NCBI RefSeq assembly: GCF_056746865.1
Contig: NZ_CM163382.1
Direction: 5' to 3' (one strand)
Length of the DNA stretch: 64,000 nucleotides
Positions within the stretch are counted from its first letter, which is position 1. Each line of letters begins with the position of its first letter. Below are positions 10,661 to 24,088 of this stretch, piece after piece. The notes under the pieces were generated by a model, which saw nothing but the letters and a program-made list of their open reading frames with translations, had not been told where the DNA came from and did no database searches. The translations under genes were made by a program, and so were the position numbers.

Positions 10661-12034
10661 ATGTCTGTACAGCAAATCGACTGGGATCTGGCCCTGATCC
10701 AGAAATATAACTATTCCGGGCCACGATACACCTCGTACCCGACCGCGCTGGAGTTTTCAGAAGACTTCGGCGAACAGGCGTTTTTACAAGCCGTGGCGCG
10801 CTATCCTGAGCGTCCATTATCTCTCTACGTACATATTCCGTTCTGCCATAAGCTTTGTTACTTCTGCGGTTGCAATAAGATTGTTACTCGCCAGCAGCAC
10901 AAGGCCGATCAGTATCTGGACGCGCTGGAGCAAGAAATCGTCCATCGTGCACCGCTGTTCGCCGGGCGTCACGTCAGCCAATTGCACTGGGGCGGTGGTA
11001 CGCCGACGTATCTGAACAAAGCGCAAATCAGCCGTCTGATGAAGCTGCTGCGCGAAAACTTCCAGTTCAATGCCGATGCGGAGATTTCGATCGAAGTCGA
11101 TCCGCGTGAAATCGAACTGGATGTACTCGATCATTTACGCGCCGAGGGCTTTAATCGCCTGAGCATGGGCGTGCAGGACTTCAACAAAGAAGTGCAACGT
11201 CTGGTTAACCGCGAGCAGGATGAAGAGTTCATCTTTGCACTGCTTAACCATGCGCGTGAGATTGGTTTTACCTCCACCAACATCGACCTGATTTACGGCC
11301 TGCCGAAACAGACGCCGGAGAGTTTCGCCTTTACCCTGAAACGCGTGGCGGAGCTGAACCCCGATCGTCTGAGTGTCTTCAACTACGCGCATCTGCCGAC
11401 CATTTTTGCTGCTCAGCGCAAAATCAAAGATGCTGACTTGCCGAGTCCGCAGCAAAAACTCGATATCCTGCAGGAAACCATCGCCTTCCTGACGCAATCG
11501 GGCTATCAGTTTATCGGTATGGATCACTTTGCTCGCCCGGATGACGAGCTGGCGGTGGCCCAGCGTGAAGGCGTGCTGCATCGTAACTTCCAGGGCTACA
11601 CCACTCAGGGCGATACCGATCTGCTGGGGATGGGCGTTTCCGCCATCAGCATGATTGGCGACTGCTACGCGCAGAACCAGAAAGAGTTGAAGCAGTACTA
11701 TCAGCAAGTGGATGAACAAGGCAATGCGCTGTGGCGTGGTATTGCGCTAACGCGTGATGACTGTATTCGCCGCGATGTGATTAAGTCGCTCATCTGCAAC
11801 TTCCGTCTGGATTTCGCCCCCATTGAGCAACAGTGGGATTTGCACTTCCCTGATTACTTTGCCGAAGATCTCAAGCTGCTCGCCCCGTTAGCAAAAGATG
11901 GGCTGGTGGATGTGGATGAGAAGGGGATTCAGGTGACGGCGAAAGGTCGCCTGCTTATCCGCAACATTTGCATGTGCTTTGATACCTATCTGCGCCAGAA
12001 AGCGCGGATGCAGCAGTTCTCTCGGGTGATTTAA
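10661..12034 (+). CDS. hemN: Oxygen-independent coproporphyrinogen III oxidase (radical SAM)
   Basis: 457 aa from ATG at 10661 with GGAG RBS; CHKLCYFCGC radical-SAM cysteine motif. Confidence 0.92.
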   Translation: MSVQQIDWDLALIQKYNYSGPRYTSYPTALEFSEDFGEQAFLQAVARYPERPLSLYVHIPFCHKLCYFCGCNKIVTRQQHKADQYLDALEQEIVHRAPLFAGRHVSQLHWGGGTPTYLNKAQISRLMKLLRENFQFNADAEISIEVDPREIELDVLDHLRAEGFNRLSMGVQDFNKEVQRLVNREQDEEFIFALLNHAREIGFTSTNIDLIYGLPKQTPESFAFTLKRVAELNPDRLSVFNYAHLPTIFAAQRKIKDADLPSPQQKLDILQETIAFLTQSGYQFIGMDHFARPDDELAVAQREGVLHRNFQGYTTQGDTDLLGMGVSAISMIGDCYAQNQKELKQYYQQVDEQGNALWRGIALTRDDCIRRDVIKSLICNFRLDFAPIEQQWDLHFPDYFAEDLKLLAPLAKDGLVDVDEKGIQVTAKGRLLIRNICMCFDTYLRQKARMQQFSRVI

Positions 12035-12100
12035 ATAGTGAATGGCGCTTCGTTTACAAAGTAGAAAACGAAAGCGCCATCAATGTGCTGAGAACAAGAT

Positions 12101-12192
12101 TGCCTGATGCGCTACGCTTATCAGGCCTACAAAACCTGTTGAAAATATTGCTTTTGTAGGCCGGATAAGGCGTTCACGCCGCATCCGGCATG
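12101..12192. repeat. REP/BIME palindromic elements
   Basis: TGCCTGATGCGCTACGCTTATCAGGCC and GTAGGCCGGATAAGGCGTTCACGCCGCATCCGGCA units. Confidence 0.6.
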
Positions 12193-12223
12193 AACAAAGA
12201 GCACTTCATCAGCAATCTGAAAC

Positions 12224-12334
12224 TCAACTAAACAGCCCAATCATTGCGGCACACAGCACGGCAGCAACGGCAGTTTGCGGTGTGTGGCTGTCAACTGCGC
12301 CACTCGATACCAGATTAATTATTGATTCCAGCAT
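12224..12334 (-). CDS. yshB: Small hydrophobic protein (36 aa), YshB-like
   Basis: Hand-translated minus-strand ORF MLESIINLVSSGAVDSHTPQTAVAAVLCAAMIGLFS, below the track length cutoff; gene name from memory of the K-12 hemN-glnG interval. Confidence 0.5.
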   Translation of the reverse strand: MLESIINLVSSGAVDSHTPQTAVAAVLCAAMIGLFS

Positions 12335-12445
12335 AACGACTCTCCCCGTTTTCCGGGCAAGATCATACTGAACTTATCGGAACAGTAAAGCGCAAAATAC
12401 CAGCAATTTGCGCTCAATAATCAATCTTTACACACAAGCCGTGAA

Positions 12446-13855
12446 TCACTCCATCCCCAGCTCTTTTAACTTACGCGTCAGAGTGTTGCGGCCCCAGCCG
12501 AGTAGCCGCGCCGCTTCCTGTTTATGCCCCTGCGTATGTCGCAATGCGGTTGTCAGTAAAGTCCGCTCCAGCTCAGGCTGCGCTTCGGAAAGCAGATTTT
12601 GATGACCGGAACGCAGCGCCCTGTCTGCCCACTGCGCTAACAGCGTCGCCCAACTGTCCGGTTGCATATGCGAAGTACTCTCCGCAACCGTTGACTCAAA
12701 CAGTTCGCTGGGCAAATCCTGAATCAACACTTCCTGTCCGGCAGCCATCACCGTTAGCCAGCGACAGGTGTTTTCCAGCTGGCGTACGTTACCCGGCCAT
12801 GCCAGACGCGTCAGCGCGGCTTCGGTTTCCGGATGCAGCAACTTCGCTTCTACGCCCAGCTCGCGCGCGGCAACCTGTAAAAAATGACGTGCCAGACGGG
12901 GAATATCTTCCCGACGCTCACGCAGTGGCGGCAGATGAACGCGGATGACGTTCAGGCGGTGGAACAGATCCTCACGGAACTTACCTTCCTGCACCCGCTG
13001 TTCAAGATTCTGGTGAGTGGCAGCGATAATCCGCACATCCACTTTCACCGGCGCATAGCCGCCAACGCGATAAAACTGACCGTCTGCCAGCACGCGCAGC
13101 AAACGCGTCTGCACATCCAGCGGCATATCACCAATTTCGTCGAGAAATAACGTGCCGCCATCGGCCTGTTCAAAACGCCCCTGACGAATGGTGTTCGCGC
13201 CAGTAAACGCGCCTTTCTCGTGACCAAACAGTTCTGATTCGATCAAATCCTTCGGGATAGCCGCCATATTCAGCGCGATAAATGGCGCTTTGGCTCGCGG
13301 ACTGTGGCGATGCAGGGCATGAGCGACCAGTTCTTTACCGGTGCCGGATTCGCCGTTAATCAGCACGCTAATAGAAGAACGCGAAAGCCGACCGATAATA
13401 CGGAACACGTCCTGCATGGCTGGCGCTTCGCCGATGATATCGGTCGTTGGGCCGTTAAGCTGAACATTACGCGGCTGCTGCTGTTCCTGGTAATGACTGA
13501 TGGCGCGCTCAACCAGCGCGACGGCTTCGTCGATATCAAACGGTTTGGGCAGATAATCAAACGCCCCTTGTTGATAGGCGCTGACGGCAGCATCCAGATC
13601 GGAATGTGCGGTCATAATGATGACCGGAAGCATCGGATGGCGCTGTTTAATCTGCTTGAGCAGCGCCAGCCCGTCCATTCCCGGCATACGGATATCTGAA
13701 AGCAGCACATCCGGCGTTTTGCTCGCCAGCGCCTCCAGTACCTCCGCGCCGTTCTCAAATGTCGTACAGGTTAAACCCGCTCCAGCGAGCGCACGTTCAA
13801 GCACCCAACGGATGGAACTATCGTCATCGACTACCCAGACTATCCCTCGTTGCAT
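12446..13855 (-). CDS. glnG: Nitrogen regulation protein NR(I), sigma54-dependent response regulator NtrC
   Basis: 469 aa from [12 protein letters not shown]; receiver domain, AAA+ sigma54 activator domain (GESGTGKE), HTH. Confidence 0.92.
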   Translation of the reverse strand: MQRGIVWVVDDDSSIRWVLERALAGAGLTCTTFENGAEVLEALASKTPDVLLSDIRMPGMDGLALLKQIKQRHPMLPVIIMTAHSDLDAAVSAYQQGAFDYLPKPFDIDEAVALVERAISHYQEQQQPRNVQLNGPTTDIIGEAPAMQDVFRIIGRLSRSSISVLINGESGTGKELVAHALHRHSPRAKAPFIALNMAAIPKDLIESELFGHEKGAFTGANTIRQGRFEQADGGTLFLDEIGDMPLDVQTRLLRVLADGQFYRVGGYAPVKVDVRIIAATHQNLEQRVQEGKFREDLFHRLNVIRVHLPPLRERREDIPRLARHFLQVAARELGVEAKLLHPETEAALTRLAWPGNVRQLENTCRWLTVMAAGQEVLIQDLPSELFESTVAESTSHMQPDSWATLLAQWADRALRSGHQNLLSEAQPELERTLLTTALRHTQGHKQEAARLLGWGRNTLTRKLKELGME

Positions 13856-13866
13856 AAACGTCACCT

Positions 13867-14916
13867 TTATTTCCTGATAGGCAGGTAAACCGAGAACTCG
13901 GTATGACCTGGCCAACTGGTAAATTCAATTTTGCCTGAATGCTGATCAATCAAATTACGGGCGATGGATAAGCCAAGCCCGGTGCCACCTTCGCGGCCGC
14001 TGACCATCGGGTAAAACAGCGTATCCTGCAAATGAGGCGGAATACCTGGCCCGTTATCTTCCACATCAATTCGCGCCGCCAGCCGATAACGCTCGCCGTG
14101 TAAGGTCAGTTGGAAAGCTGTGCGGGTACGCAGAATGATTTCACCACCCTCTGGCCCCAGCGCCTGTAGCGCATTGCGCACAATATTCAGGAGCACTTGC
14201 TCAATTTGATCCGGGTCGTGCGCCAGTTCCGGCAGGCTGGGGTCGTAATCACGAATCAACCGCACGTTGTCCGGCAGTTCCATCGACACCAGCGTCACCA
14301 CGCGTTCAGCCACTTTATGAATACTTTCGGTAACGCGCGTACCGGGCAGTTGCGGTCCCAACAGACGGTCGACCAGATTTCGCAGCCGGTCCGCCTGTTC
14401 GATAATAACTTTGGTATATTCGAGTAGTGACGGGTCAGGTAATGCTTTGCTGAGCAGCTGCGCCGCGCCACGTAAACCGCCAAGCGGATTTTTAATCTCA
14501 TGTGCCAGGCCGCGCACTAAATCACGGGCAGCAACCTGCTGGGCGTGCTGTAGCTGTTCCTGACTTAAGCGGCGCTGGTTATCCATCGGTGCCATCTCCA
14601 GCAGGATCATGCCGTCCGGCATACGCTGGGCCGTCACAGAAAGGATATGCGAGCGCCCGTCGATGACCAGCGTCACTTCGTTATCGGTAAAACCTTGCCC
14701 CGCCTCCAGACTTTCTTGCATCAGCTCGATATTTAATGAGAAGTAGCTCAACAGTTCCGGTAACGGTGTACCAAACAATTTGCGGGAGCTTTGGGCGAGC
14801 AGTTGTTGCGCGGCGGGGTTGGCGTAATGGATCGCCAGGTTGTCATCGATTAACAAAATACTGTTAATCAGCGAGTTGAGGATCTGCCCAGCATCGGGCT
14901 GCGTGCCTGTTGCCAT
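13867..14916 (-). CDS. glnL: Nitrogen sensor histidine kinase NR(II), NtrB
   Basis: 349 aa, H-box HEIKNPL, ATPase domain. Confidence 0.92.
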
Positions 14917-15002
14917 AAAGCAGTCTCCTGAACAGGTTGCACCATTTTAGTGCATTATAGCTTTTTACGGATAAAAAGCGCGAAGCATCAGAGAATTGAC
15001 GG

Positions 15003-15030
15003 AGAAAAAAGCCCATGCAGAGATGGGCTG
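15003..15030 (-). terminator. Rho-independent terminator in the glnA 3' region
   Basis: Minus-strand hairpin GCCCATCTCTGCATGGGC followed by TTTTTT. Confidence 0.55.
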
Positions 15031-15089
15031 AAAGTTTCCACGGCAACTAAATCCCGGCGTTGTTGCGCCGGGTAGTACAACTTCAACTA

Positions 15090-16499
15090 TTAGACGCTGT
15101 AGTACAGCTCAAACTCTACCGGATGCGGAGTCATACGCACGCGGTCATCTTCTTCGCGACGCAGAGCGATGTACGCATCGATCGCTTCATCAGTGAACAC
15201 GCCACCGGCTTTCAGGAACTCGCGGTCCAGATCCAGTTCGTTCAGTGCTTCTTCCAGAGAGCCTGCAACTTGTGGGATCTCTTTCGCTTCTTCTGGCGGC
15301 AGGTCATACAGGTTTTTGTCCATGGCTTCGCCCGGATGGATCTTGTTCTTGATACCATCAAGACCGGCCATCAGCAGGGCAGCAAAGCACAGGTACGGGT
15401 TAGCCGCCGGATCCGGGAAACGTACTTCGATACGACGTGCTTTCGGAGAAGAAACCACCGGAATACGGATAGACGCAGAACGGTTGCGTGCAGAGTAAGC
15501 CAGCATTACCGGTGCTTCGTAGCCCGGGACCAGACGCTTATAAGAGTTGGTGGTCGGGTTTGCCAGGGCGTTAATCGCTTTAGCGTGTTTGATTACGCCG
15601 CCAATGTAGTACAGCGCCTGCTCAGACAGACCTGCGTATTTGTCGCCTGCGAACAGGTTAACGCCGTTTTTAGACAGAGACATGTGGCAGTGCATACCGG
15701 AGCCGTTATCACCGAACATCGGTTTTGGCATAAAGGTCGCGGTTTTACCGAAGCGGTGCGCTACGTTGTGCACAACATATTTGTAGATCTGAATTTCGTC
15801 AGCTTTTTTGGTCATGGTATTGAAGCGGGTAGCCACTTCGTTCTGACCAGCAGTCGCTACTTCGTGGTGATGGGCTTCAACCACCAGACCCATCTGTTCC
15901 ATCACCAGACACATTTCAGAACGAATATCCTGAGCAGAGTCTACCGGCGGAACCGGGAAGTAACCGCCTTTCACTGCCGGACGGTGACCTTTGTTACCAC
16001 CTTCGTATTGGGTGGAGGAGTTCCATGCGCCTTCGATATCGTCGATAGCAACGTGGGAACCGGAGATAGAAGATCCGAAACGGATGTCATCGAACAGGAA
16101 GAATTCAGGTTCTGGCCCGAACAGTACGGTGTCGGCAATGCCAGTGGAACGCAGGTAATCTTCGGCGCGCTTCGCAATAGAGCGCGGGTCACGGTCATAG
16201 CCTTGCAGGGTGCCAGGTTCAAGGATGTCGCAACGGATAATCAGGGTAGAATCGGCGAAGAACGGGTCAATCACTGCGGTGGACGCGTCTGGCATCAGCA
16301 CCATGTCGGATTCGTTAATGCCTTTCCAGCCGCCAATCGAGGAGCCGTCAAACATTTTGCCTTCTTCGAAGAATTCAGCATTCACCTGATGAGCAGGGAT
16401 AGTGACGTGCTGTTCTTTACCTTTGGTATCGGTGAAGCGCAAATCAACAAACTTCACTTCGTGCTCGTTCAGCATCGTCAGTACGTGTTCAGCGGACAT
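15090..16499 (-). CDS. glnA: Glutamine synthetase
   Basis: 469 aa, canonical GS sequence including the adenylylation-site region. Confidence 0.97.
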
Positions 16500-16580
16500 A
16501 CTTTAACTCTCCTGGATTGGTCATGGTCGTCGTGGTAACGAAATCTGCAATTATTTTGGCCGTGTCGCCGTAAAAAAGAT

Positions 16581-16599
16581 AAAGCGAAATCTGTGCCAA
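16581..16599 (-). promoter_or_regulatory. sigma54 promoter glnAp2 (-24 TGGCAC / -12 TCGCT)
   Basis: Minus-strand TTGGCACAGATTTCGCTTT upstream of glnA. Confidence 0.7.
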
Positions 16600-16639
16600 C
16601 TTTTAAATTGCCCCTAAAAGGCGTTATCATGCTTAACAT

Positions 16640-16720
16640 CGTGCAAAAGGGCTGCACCATGATATGAATGTTGCACCAATATAGTGCTTCAATGGAAACA
16701 TTAAGCACCATATTGGTGCA
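16640..16720. promoter_or_regulatory. NtrC binding sites upstream of glnA
   Basis: Palindrome GCACCATATTGGTGC at 16705-16719 plus additional TGCACCA half-site repeats. Confidence 0.6.
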
Positions 16721-16871
16721 ATGACCTTTGGATAACCCTTTTTATGCTCCGTGAAAGCGATCACAAAGGGACTCTGCAATACTTGTTTGCGGAGGATGTT
16801 TGTGATCCTGTTTTGTAGTGCGATTAATCCGTGTACAATAACGCGCTATTTCTAATGCCTGAGGCAAAGTT

Positions 16872-18695
16872 GTGATCGAAAAATTGCGTAATATCGCCAT
16901 CATCGCGCACGTAGACCATGGTAAAACCACCCTGGTAGACAAGCTGCTCCAACAATCCGGTACGTTCGACTCTCGTGCCGAAACCCAAGAGCGCGTGATG
17001 GACTCCAACGATTTGGAGAAAGAGCGTGGGATTACCATCCTCGCGAAAAACACCGCTATCAAATGGAATGATTACCGTATCAACATCGTTGATACCCCGG
17101 GGCACGCCGACTTCGGTGGTGAAGTTGAACGTGTAATGTCCATGGTAGACTCAGTGCTGCTGGTGGTTGACGCATTTGACGGCCCGATGCCGCAAACGCG
17201 CTTCGTAACCAAAAAAGCGTTTGCTTACGGCCTGAAGCCGATTGTTGTTATCAACAAAGTTGACCGCCCTGGCGCGCGTCCTGATTGGGTTGTGGATCAG
17301 GTATTCGATCTGTTCGTTAACCTCGACGCGACCGACGAGCAGCTGGACTTCCCGATCGTTTACGCTTCTGCGCTGAACGGTATCGCGGGTCTGGACCACG
17401 AAGATATGGCGGAAGACATGACCCCGCTGTATCAGGCGATTGTTGACCACGTTCCTGCGCCGGACGTTGACCTTGACGGTCCGTTCCAGATGCAGATTTC
17501 TCAGCTCGATTACAACAGCTATGTTGGCGTTATCGGCATTGGCCGCATCAAGCGCGGTAAAGTGAAGCCGAACCAGCAGGTCACTATCATCGATAGCGAA
17601 GGCAAAACCCGTAACGCGAAAGTCGGTAAAGTGCTGGGCCACCTCGGTCTGGAACGTATTGAAACCGATCTGGCGGAAGCTGGCGATATCGTGGCGATCA
17701 CGGGCCTGGGCGAACTGAACATTTCTGACACCGTTTGCGACACGCAAAACGTTGAAGCGCTGCCGGCACTCTCCGTTGATGAGCCGACCGTTTCTATGTT
17801 CTTCTGCGTTAACACCTCGCCGTTCTGCGGTAAAGAAGGTAAGTTCGTAACGTCTCGTCAGATCCTGGATCGTCTGAACAAAGAACTGGTACACAACGTT
17901 GCGCTGCGCGTAGAAGAAACCGAAGACGCCGATGCGTTCCGCGTTTCTGGTCGTGGCGAACTGCACCTGTCTGTTCTTATCGAAAACATGCGTCGTGAAG
18001 GTTTCGAACTGGCGGTATCCCGTCCGAAAGTAATCTTCCGTGAAATCGACGGTCGTAAACAAGAGCCGTATGAAAACGTGACGCTGGACGTTGAAGAACA
18101 GCATCAGGGTTCTGTGATGCAGGCGCTGGGCGAACGTAAAGGCGACCTGAAAAACATGAATCCAGACGGTAAAGGCCGCGTACGTCTCGACTACGTGATC
18201 CCAAGCCGTGGTCTGATTGGCTTCCGTTCTGAGTTCATGACCATGACTTCCGGTACTGGTCTGCTGTACTCCACCTTCAGCCACTACGACGACGTACGTC
18301 CGGGTGAAGTGGGTCAGCGTCAGAACGGCGTACTGATCTCTAACGGTCAGGGTAAAGCGGTAGCGTTCGCGCTGTTCGGTCTGCAGGATCGCGGTAAGCT
18401 GTTCCTCGGTCACGGTGCAGAAGTTTACGAAGGTCAGATTATCGGTATTCACAGCCGCTCTAACGACCTGACTGTAAACTGCCTGACCGGTAAGAAACTG
18501 ACCAACATGCGTGCTTCCGGTACTGACGAAGCCGTTGTTCTGGTTCCGCCTATCCGCATGACTCTGGAACAAGCTCTGGAGTTCATCGATGATGACGAAC
18601 TGGTAGAAGTGACTCCAACCTCTATCCGTATTCGTAAACGTCACCTGACGGAAAACGATCGTCGCCGTGCCAACCGCGCACCGAAAGACGATTAA
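16872..18695 (+). CDS. typA: Ribosome-associated translational GTPase BipA/TypA
   Basis: 607 aa, GTG start, [10 protein letters not shown]1 motif, EF-G-like domains. Confidence 0.95.
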   Translation: MIEKLRNIAIIAHVDHGKTTLVDKLLQQSGTFDSRAETQERVMDSNDLEKERGITILAKNTAIKWNDYRINIVDTPGHADFGGEVERVMSMVDSVLLVVDAFDGPMPQTRFVTKKAFAYGLKPIVVINKVDRPGARPDWVVDQVFDLFVNLDATDEQLDFPIVYASALNGIAGLDHEDMAEDMTPLYQAIVDHVPAPDVDLDGPFQMQISQLDYNSYVGVIGIGRIKRGKVKPNQQVTIIDSEGKTRNAKVGKVLGHLGLERIETDLAEAGDIVAITGLGELNISDTVCDTQNVEALPALSVDEPTVSMFFCVNTSPFCGKEGKFVTSRQILDRLNKELVHNVALRVEETEDADAFRVSGRGELHLSVLIENMRREGFELAVSRPKVIFREIDGRKQEPYENVTLDVEEQHQGSVMQALGERKGDLKNMNPDGKGRVRLDYVIPSRGLIGFRSEFMTMTSGTGLLYSTFSHYDDVRPGEVGQRQNGVLISNGQGKAVAFALFGLQDRGKLFLGHGAEVYEGQIIGIHSRSNDLTVNCLTGKKLTNMRASGTDEAVVLVPPIRMTLEQALEFIDDDELVEVTPTSIRIRKRHLTENDRRRANRAPKDD

Positions 18696-18716
18696 TTTCG
18701 TTTTTCAGTCATAAAA

Positions 18717-18745
18717 AACCTGCCATTGCTGGCAGGTTTTTTTTT
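18717..18745 (+). terminator. Rho-independent terminator after typA
   Basis: ACCTGCCATTGCTGGCAGGT hairpin followed by T9. Confidence 0.65.
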
Positions 18746-18911
18746 ACCTGTCGTGAGCGCACACCAATGCGAGTATCTCCCTTATAAGTCTGTGATTACG
18801 TCAATAGAGAGCTTTGTCACAATTATCTGCAAAGTCATACACCGTTAATTGCTTTCTTTTTTGGCGTAAGCGTAAGATGCTTCATCTGGTTTAAACCAAA
18901 AGGATTAAACA

Positions 18912-19622
18912 ATGGCGGAGAATCAATCCACCGTAGAAAATGCAAAAGAGAAACTGGATCGGTGGTTGAAAGATGGCATCACCACGCCGGGTGGAAAACT
19001 CCCTTCAGAAAGAGAGCTGGGAGAACTGCTGGGCATTAAACGTATGACGCTGCGCCAGGCGTTGTTGAACCTCGAGGCAGAATCCAAAATCTTCCGTAAG
19101 GATCGTAAGGGGTGGTTCGTGACCCAGCCGCGATTTAATTACAGTCCGGAGCTGTCAGCGAGCTTTCAGCGGGCCGCAATTGAGCAAGGACGAGAGCCTT
19201 CCTGGGGGTTTACCGAGAAAAACCGTACCAGCGATATTCCCGAGACGCTCGCGCCACTGATTGCAGTGACACCATCAACTGAACTCTATCGCATCACCGG
19301 CTGGGGGGCGCTGGAAGGACATAAAGTTTTCTATCACGAAACATATATTAATCCTGAAGTTGCTCCGGGTTTTATTGAACAACTTGAAAACCACTCATTT
19401 TCTGCAGTCTGGGAAAAGTGCTACCAAAAAGAGACGGTAGTAAAAAAATTGATTTTCAAACCCGTCAGAATGCCGGGCGATATCAGCAAGTATCTTGGCG
19501 GTTCTGTGGGTATGCCAGCGATCTTAATTGAAAAGCATCGCGCCGACCAGCAAGGCAATATTGTCCAGATAGATATTGAATATTGGCGATTTGAGGCCGT
19601 AGACCTCATCATTAATCTGTAG
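18912..19622 (+). CDS. yihL: GntR-family transcriptional regulator YihL
   Basis: 236 aa, N-terminal winged HTH, UTRA-like C-terminal domain. Confidence 0.85.
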   Translation: MAENQSTVENAKEKLDRWLKDGITTPGGKLPSERELGELLGIKRMTLRQALLNLEAESKIFRKDRKGWFVTQPRFNYSPELSASFQRAAIEQGREPSWGFTEKNRTSDIPETLAPLIAVTPSTELYRITGWGALEGHKVFYHETYINPEVAPGFIEQLENHSFSAVWEKCYQKETVVKKLIFKPVRMPGDISKYLGGSVGMPAILIEKHRADQQGNIVQIDIEYWRFEAVDLIINL

Positions 19623-19629
19623 GTGTTTT

Positions 19630-21871
<2,242 letters not shown>

Positions 21872-21972
21872 TAAGTTTTAACTCATACGCAGTTAATAAA
21901 ACCATTCGATATGAATGGTCGGTATCTTATTGCCTTTAAAACAGTGATTTTAAAAATCGCTTAGGGGATGTT

Positions 21973-23238
21973 ATGCTCACGAAAAAGAAATGGGCGTTAT
22001 TTAGTCTATTAACATTGTGTGGCGGTACAATTTATAAATTACCGTCGCTGAAAGATGCGTTTTATATCCCGATGCAGGAATATTTCCATTTGACCAATGG
22101 TCAAATTGGTAATGCTATGTCGGTAAACTCATTTGTCACGACAGTGGGCTTTTTTCTGTCTATTTATTTTGCCGATAAACTACCGCGCAGATACACCATG
22201 TCATTCTCACTCATTGCGACAGGATTACTGGGTGTTTATTTGACGACAATGCCGGGATATTGGGGCATCCTCTTTGTCTGGGCGCTATTTGGCGTTACTT
22301 GCGACATGATGAACTGGCCGGTCTTGCTCAAGTCGGTAAGTCGATTGGGCAATAGCGAACAACAAGGTCGGTTGTTTGGCTTCTTCGAAACAGGGCGTGG
22401 CATTGTCGATACCGTGGTGGCATTTTCTGCGTTGGCAGTATTTACCTGGTTTGGCAGTGGCTTATTGGGTTTTAAAGCAGGCATCTGGTTCTATTCCCTT
22501 ATTGTGATTGCCGTAGGCATTATCATTTTCTTTGTTCTGAATGACAAAGAAGAGGCACCGTCCGTTGAGGTGAAAAAAGAAGACGGAGCATCGAAAAACA
22601 CCAGTATGACCTCGGTGCTGAAAGACAAAACTATCTGGCTTATCGCTTTCAACGTCTTCTTCGTTTACGCGGTTTACTGTGGCCTGACATTCTTCATTCC
22701 ATTCCTGAAAAACATCTATCTATTGCCCGTTGCGCTGGTGGGGGCTTACGGCATCATTAACCAATACTGTCTGAAAATGATTGGTGGACCGATTGGTGGC
22801 ATGATTTCAGATAAGATCCTGAAATCGCCGAGTAAATATCTATGCTACACCTTTATCATCAGTACCGCTGCGCTCGTACTGTTGATTATGCTGCCGCACG
22901 AAAGTATGCCGGTATATTTAGGGATGGCATGTACGCTGGGCTTTGGCGCGATAGTCTTTACACAGCGAGCCGTATTTTTTGCACCTATCGGCGAAGCAAA
23001 AATTGCTGAAAATAAAACAGGCGCGGCGATGGCGTTGGGTAGCTTTATTGGTTACGCCCCGGCGATGTTCTGCTTCAGTCTGTATGGCTACATTCTGGAT
23101 TTAAATCCGGGGATTATTGGCTACAAAATTGTGTTTGGCATTATGGCCTGCTTCGCATTCTGTGGTGCGGTGGTTTCCGTAATGCTGGTTAAGCGTATTA
23201 GCCAACGTAAGAAAGAGATGCTGGCGGCTGAAGCTTGA
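21973..23238 (+). CDS. yihN: MFS transporter YihN
   Basis: 421 aa, 12-TM hydrophobic profile. Confidence 0.88.
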   Translation: MLTKKKWALFSLLTLCGGTIYKLPSLKDAFYIPMQEYFHLTNGQIGNAMSVNSFVTTVGFFLSIYFADKLPRRYTMSFSLIATGLLGVYLTTMPGYWGILFVWALFGVTCDMMNWPVLLKSVSRLGNSEQQGRLFGFFETGRGIVDTVVAFSALAVFTWFGSGLLGFKAGIWFYSLIVIAVGIIIFFVLNDKEEAPSVEVKKEDGASKNTSMTSVLKDKTIWLIAFNVFFVYAVYCGLTFFIPFLKNIYLLPVALVGAYGIINQYCLKMIGGPIGGMISDKILKSPSKYLCYTFIISTAALVLLIMLPHESMPVYLGMACTLGFGAIVFTQRAVFFAPIGEAKIAENKTGAAMALGSFIGYAPAMFCFSLYGYILDLNPGIIGYKIVFGIMACFAFCGAVVSVMLVKRISQRKKEMLAAEA

Positions 23239-23242
23239 TTAA

Positions 23243-23325
23243 TGGCCGGATGTGGCTTAATCCGGCCAACGGAAACCGTATCAACCGTAGGCCGGATAAG
23301 GCGTTTTCGCCGCATCCGGCAGTTT
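23243..23325. repeat. REP/BIME palindromic elements
   Basis: GGCCGGATGTGGC...GCCGGATAAGGCGTTTTCGCCGCATCCGGCAG units. Confidence 0.6.
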
Positions 23326-23329
23326 TACA

Positions 23330-24022
23330 TCAGAAGAAATACTTCGTCCCGATACGAATCTGGTTTTGCTCGCGGTGGTACGGTTCGACATTACGATCTA
23401 ACCAGCGTAATTCGAAATAAGGGAGCCAGTGTTCATTAATGCGATAACGGAAGGTGTTAGTGATTTCCCAGTGATGATCTTTTCCATTGCTGCTATTAAA
23501 GTCATTTACTCGCATGAAGTAATGTGGTTCAAATGTATAGGAGAATTTCTCGGTGATTTTAAAATTCCAGTAGGTGCCAACTTCATAGGTGTCGTTATTA
23601 TCCAATTCGCCGTTCAAATCTGTAGAGCTGTAATTATTATGGTTATAGCGATTACGCACCGTCAGGTTAAACCACGGAGTAAATTTGTAGTTAACATCCA
23701 GATAAACGGCACCACCCGAACCGATACTCTTGTCATTAATTAAGCCACCGGGCTGGATGGTTAATTTATCGGTTGGTTTAAATAAAGGATACCAACCTTC
23801 AATTTCATTATAGCCATGTTTGAGTTCATCTTCTCGCTGAAAGGTGTAGGTATTGGTTAACATAATACCCGCGCCCATATCGAAGTTATAACCCACGCGT
23901 AGCATAACTTCGCCCTGATCGGAGGCGAGATTATATGCCTCCCTGTTTTCGACGTATGCGCCAGCAAATACCGAGGCAGAGGTCAGAGAGGATAATAGAA
24001 TTATTGCATTAATCTTTTTCAT
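23330..24022 (-). CDS. ompL: Outer membrane porin L
   Basis: 230 aa from MKKINAIILL signal peptide, C-terminal GTKYFF beta-barrel signature. Confidence 0.85.
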   Translation of the reverse strand: MKKINAIILLSSLTSASVFAGAYVENREAYNLASDQGEVMLRVGYNFDMGAGIMLTNTYTFQREDELKHGYNEIEGWYPLFKPTDKLTIQPGGLINDKSIGSGGAVYLDVNYKFTPWFNLTVRNRYNHNNYSSTDLNGELDNNDTYEVGTYWNFKITEKFSYTFEPHYFMRVNDFNSSNGKDHHWEITNTFRYRINEHWLPYFELRWLDRNVEPYHREQNQIRIGTKYFF

Positions 24023-24088
24023 AATAAGTCCATTTTTAAACGTAGGGAGGCCGCCACCCACCAGGATGGAAATAGCGGCTATTGACAT

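Noticed and set aside
12408-12602. 64-aa plus-strand ORF overlapping the 3' end of glnG
   Set aside because: Overlaps glnG on the opposite strand, no RBS, Cys/Arg-rich low-complexity translation
15060-16538. 492-aa plus-strand ORF antisense to glnA
   Set aside because: Shadow ORF lying entirely within the well-recognised glnA on the opposite strand; no RBS or recognisable protein features
17151-18644. 497-aa minus-strand ORF antisense to typA
   Set aside because: Shadow ORF inside typA; a product of GC-rich codon-biased sequence lacking stops in the reverse frame
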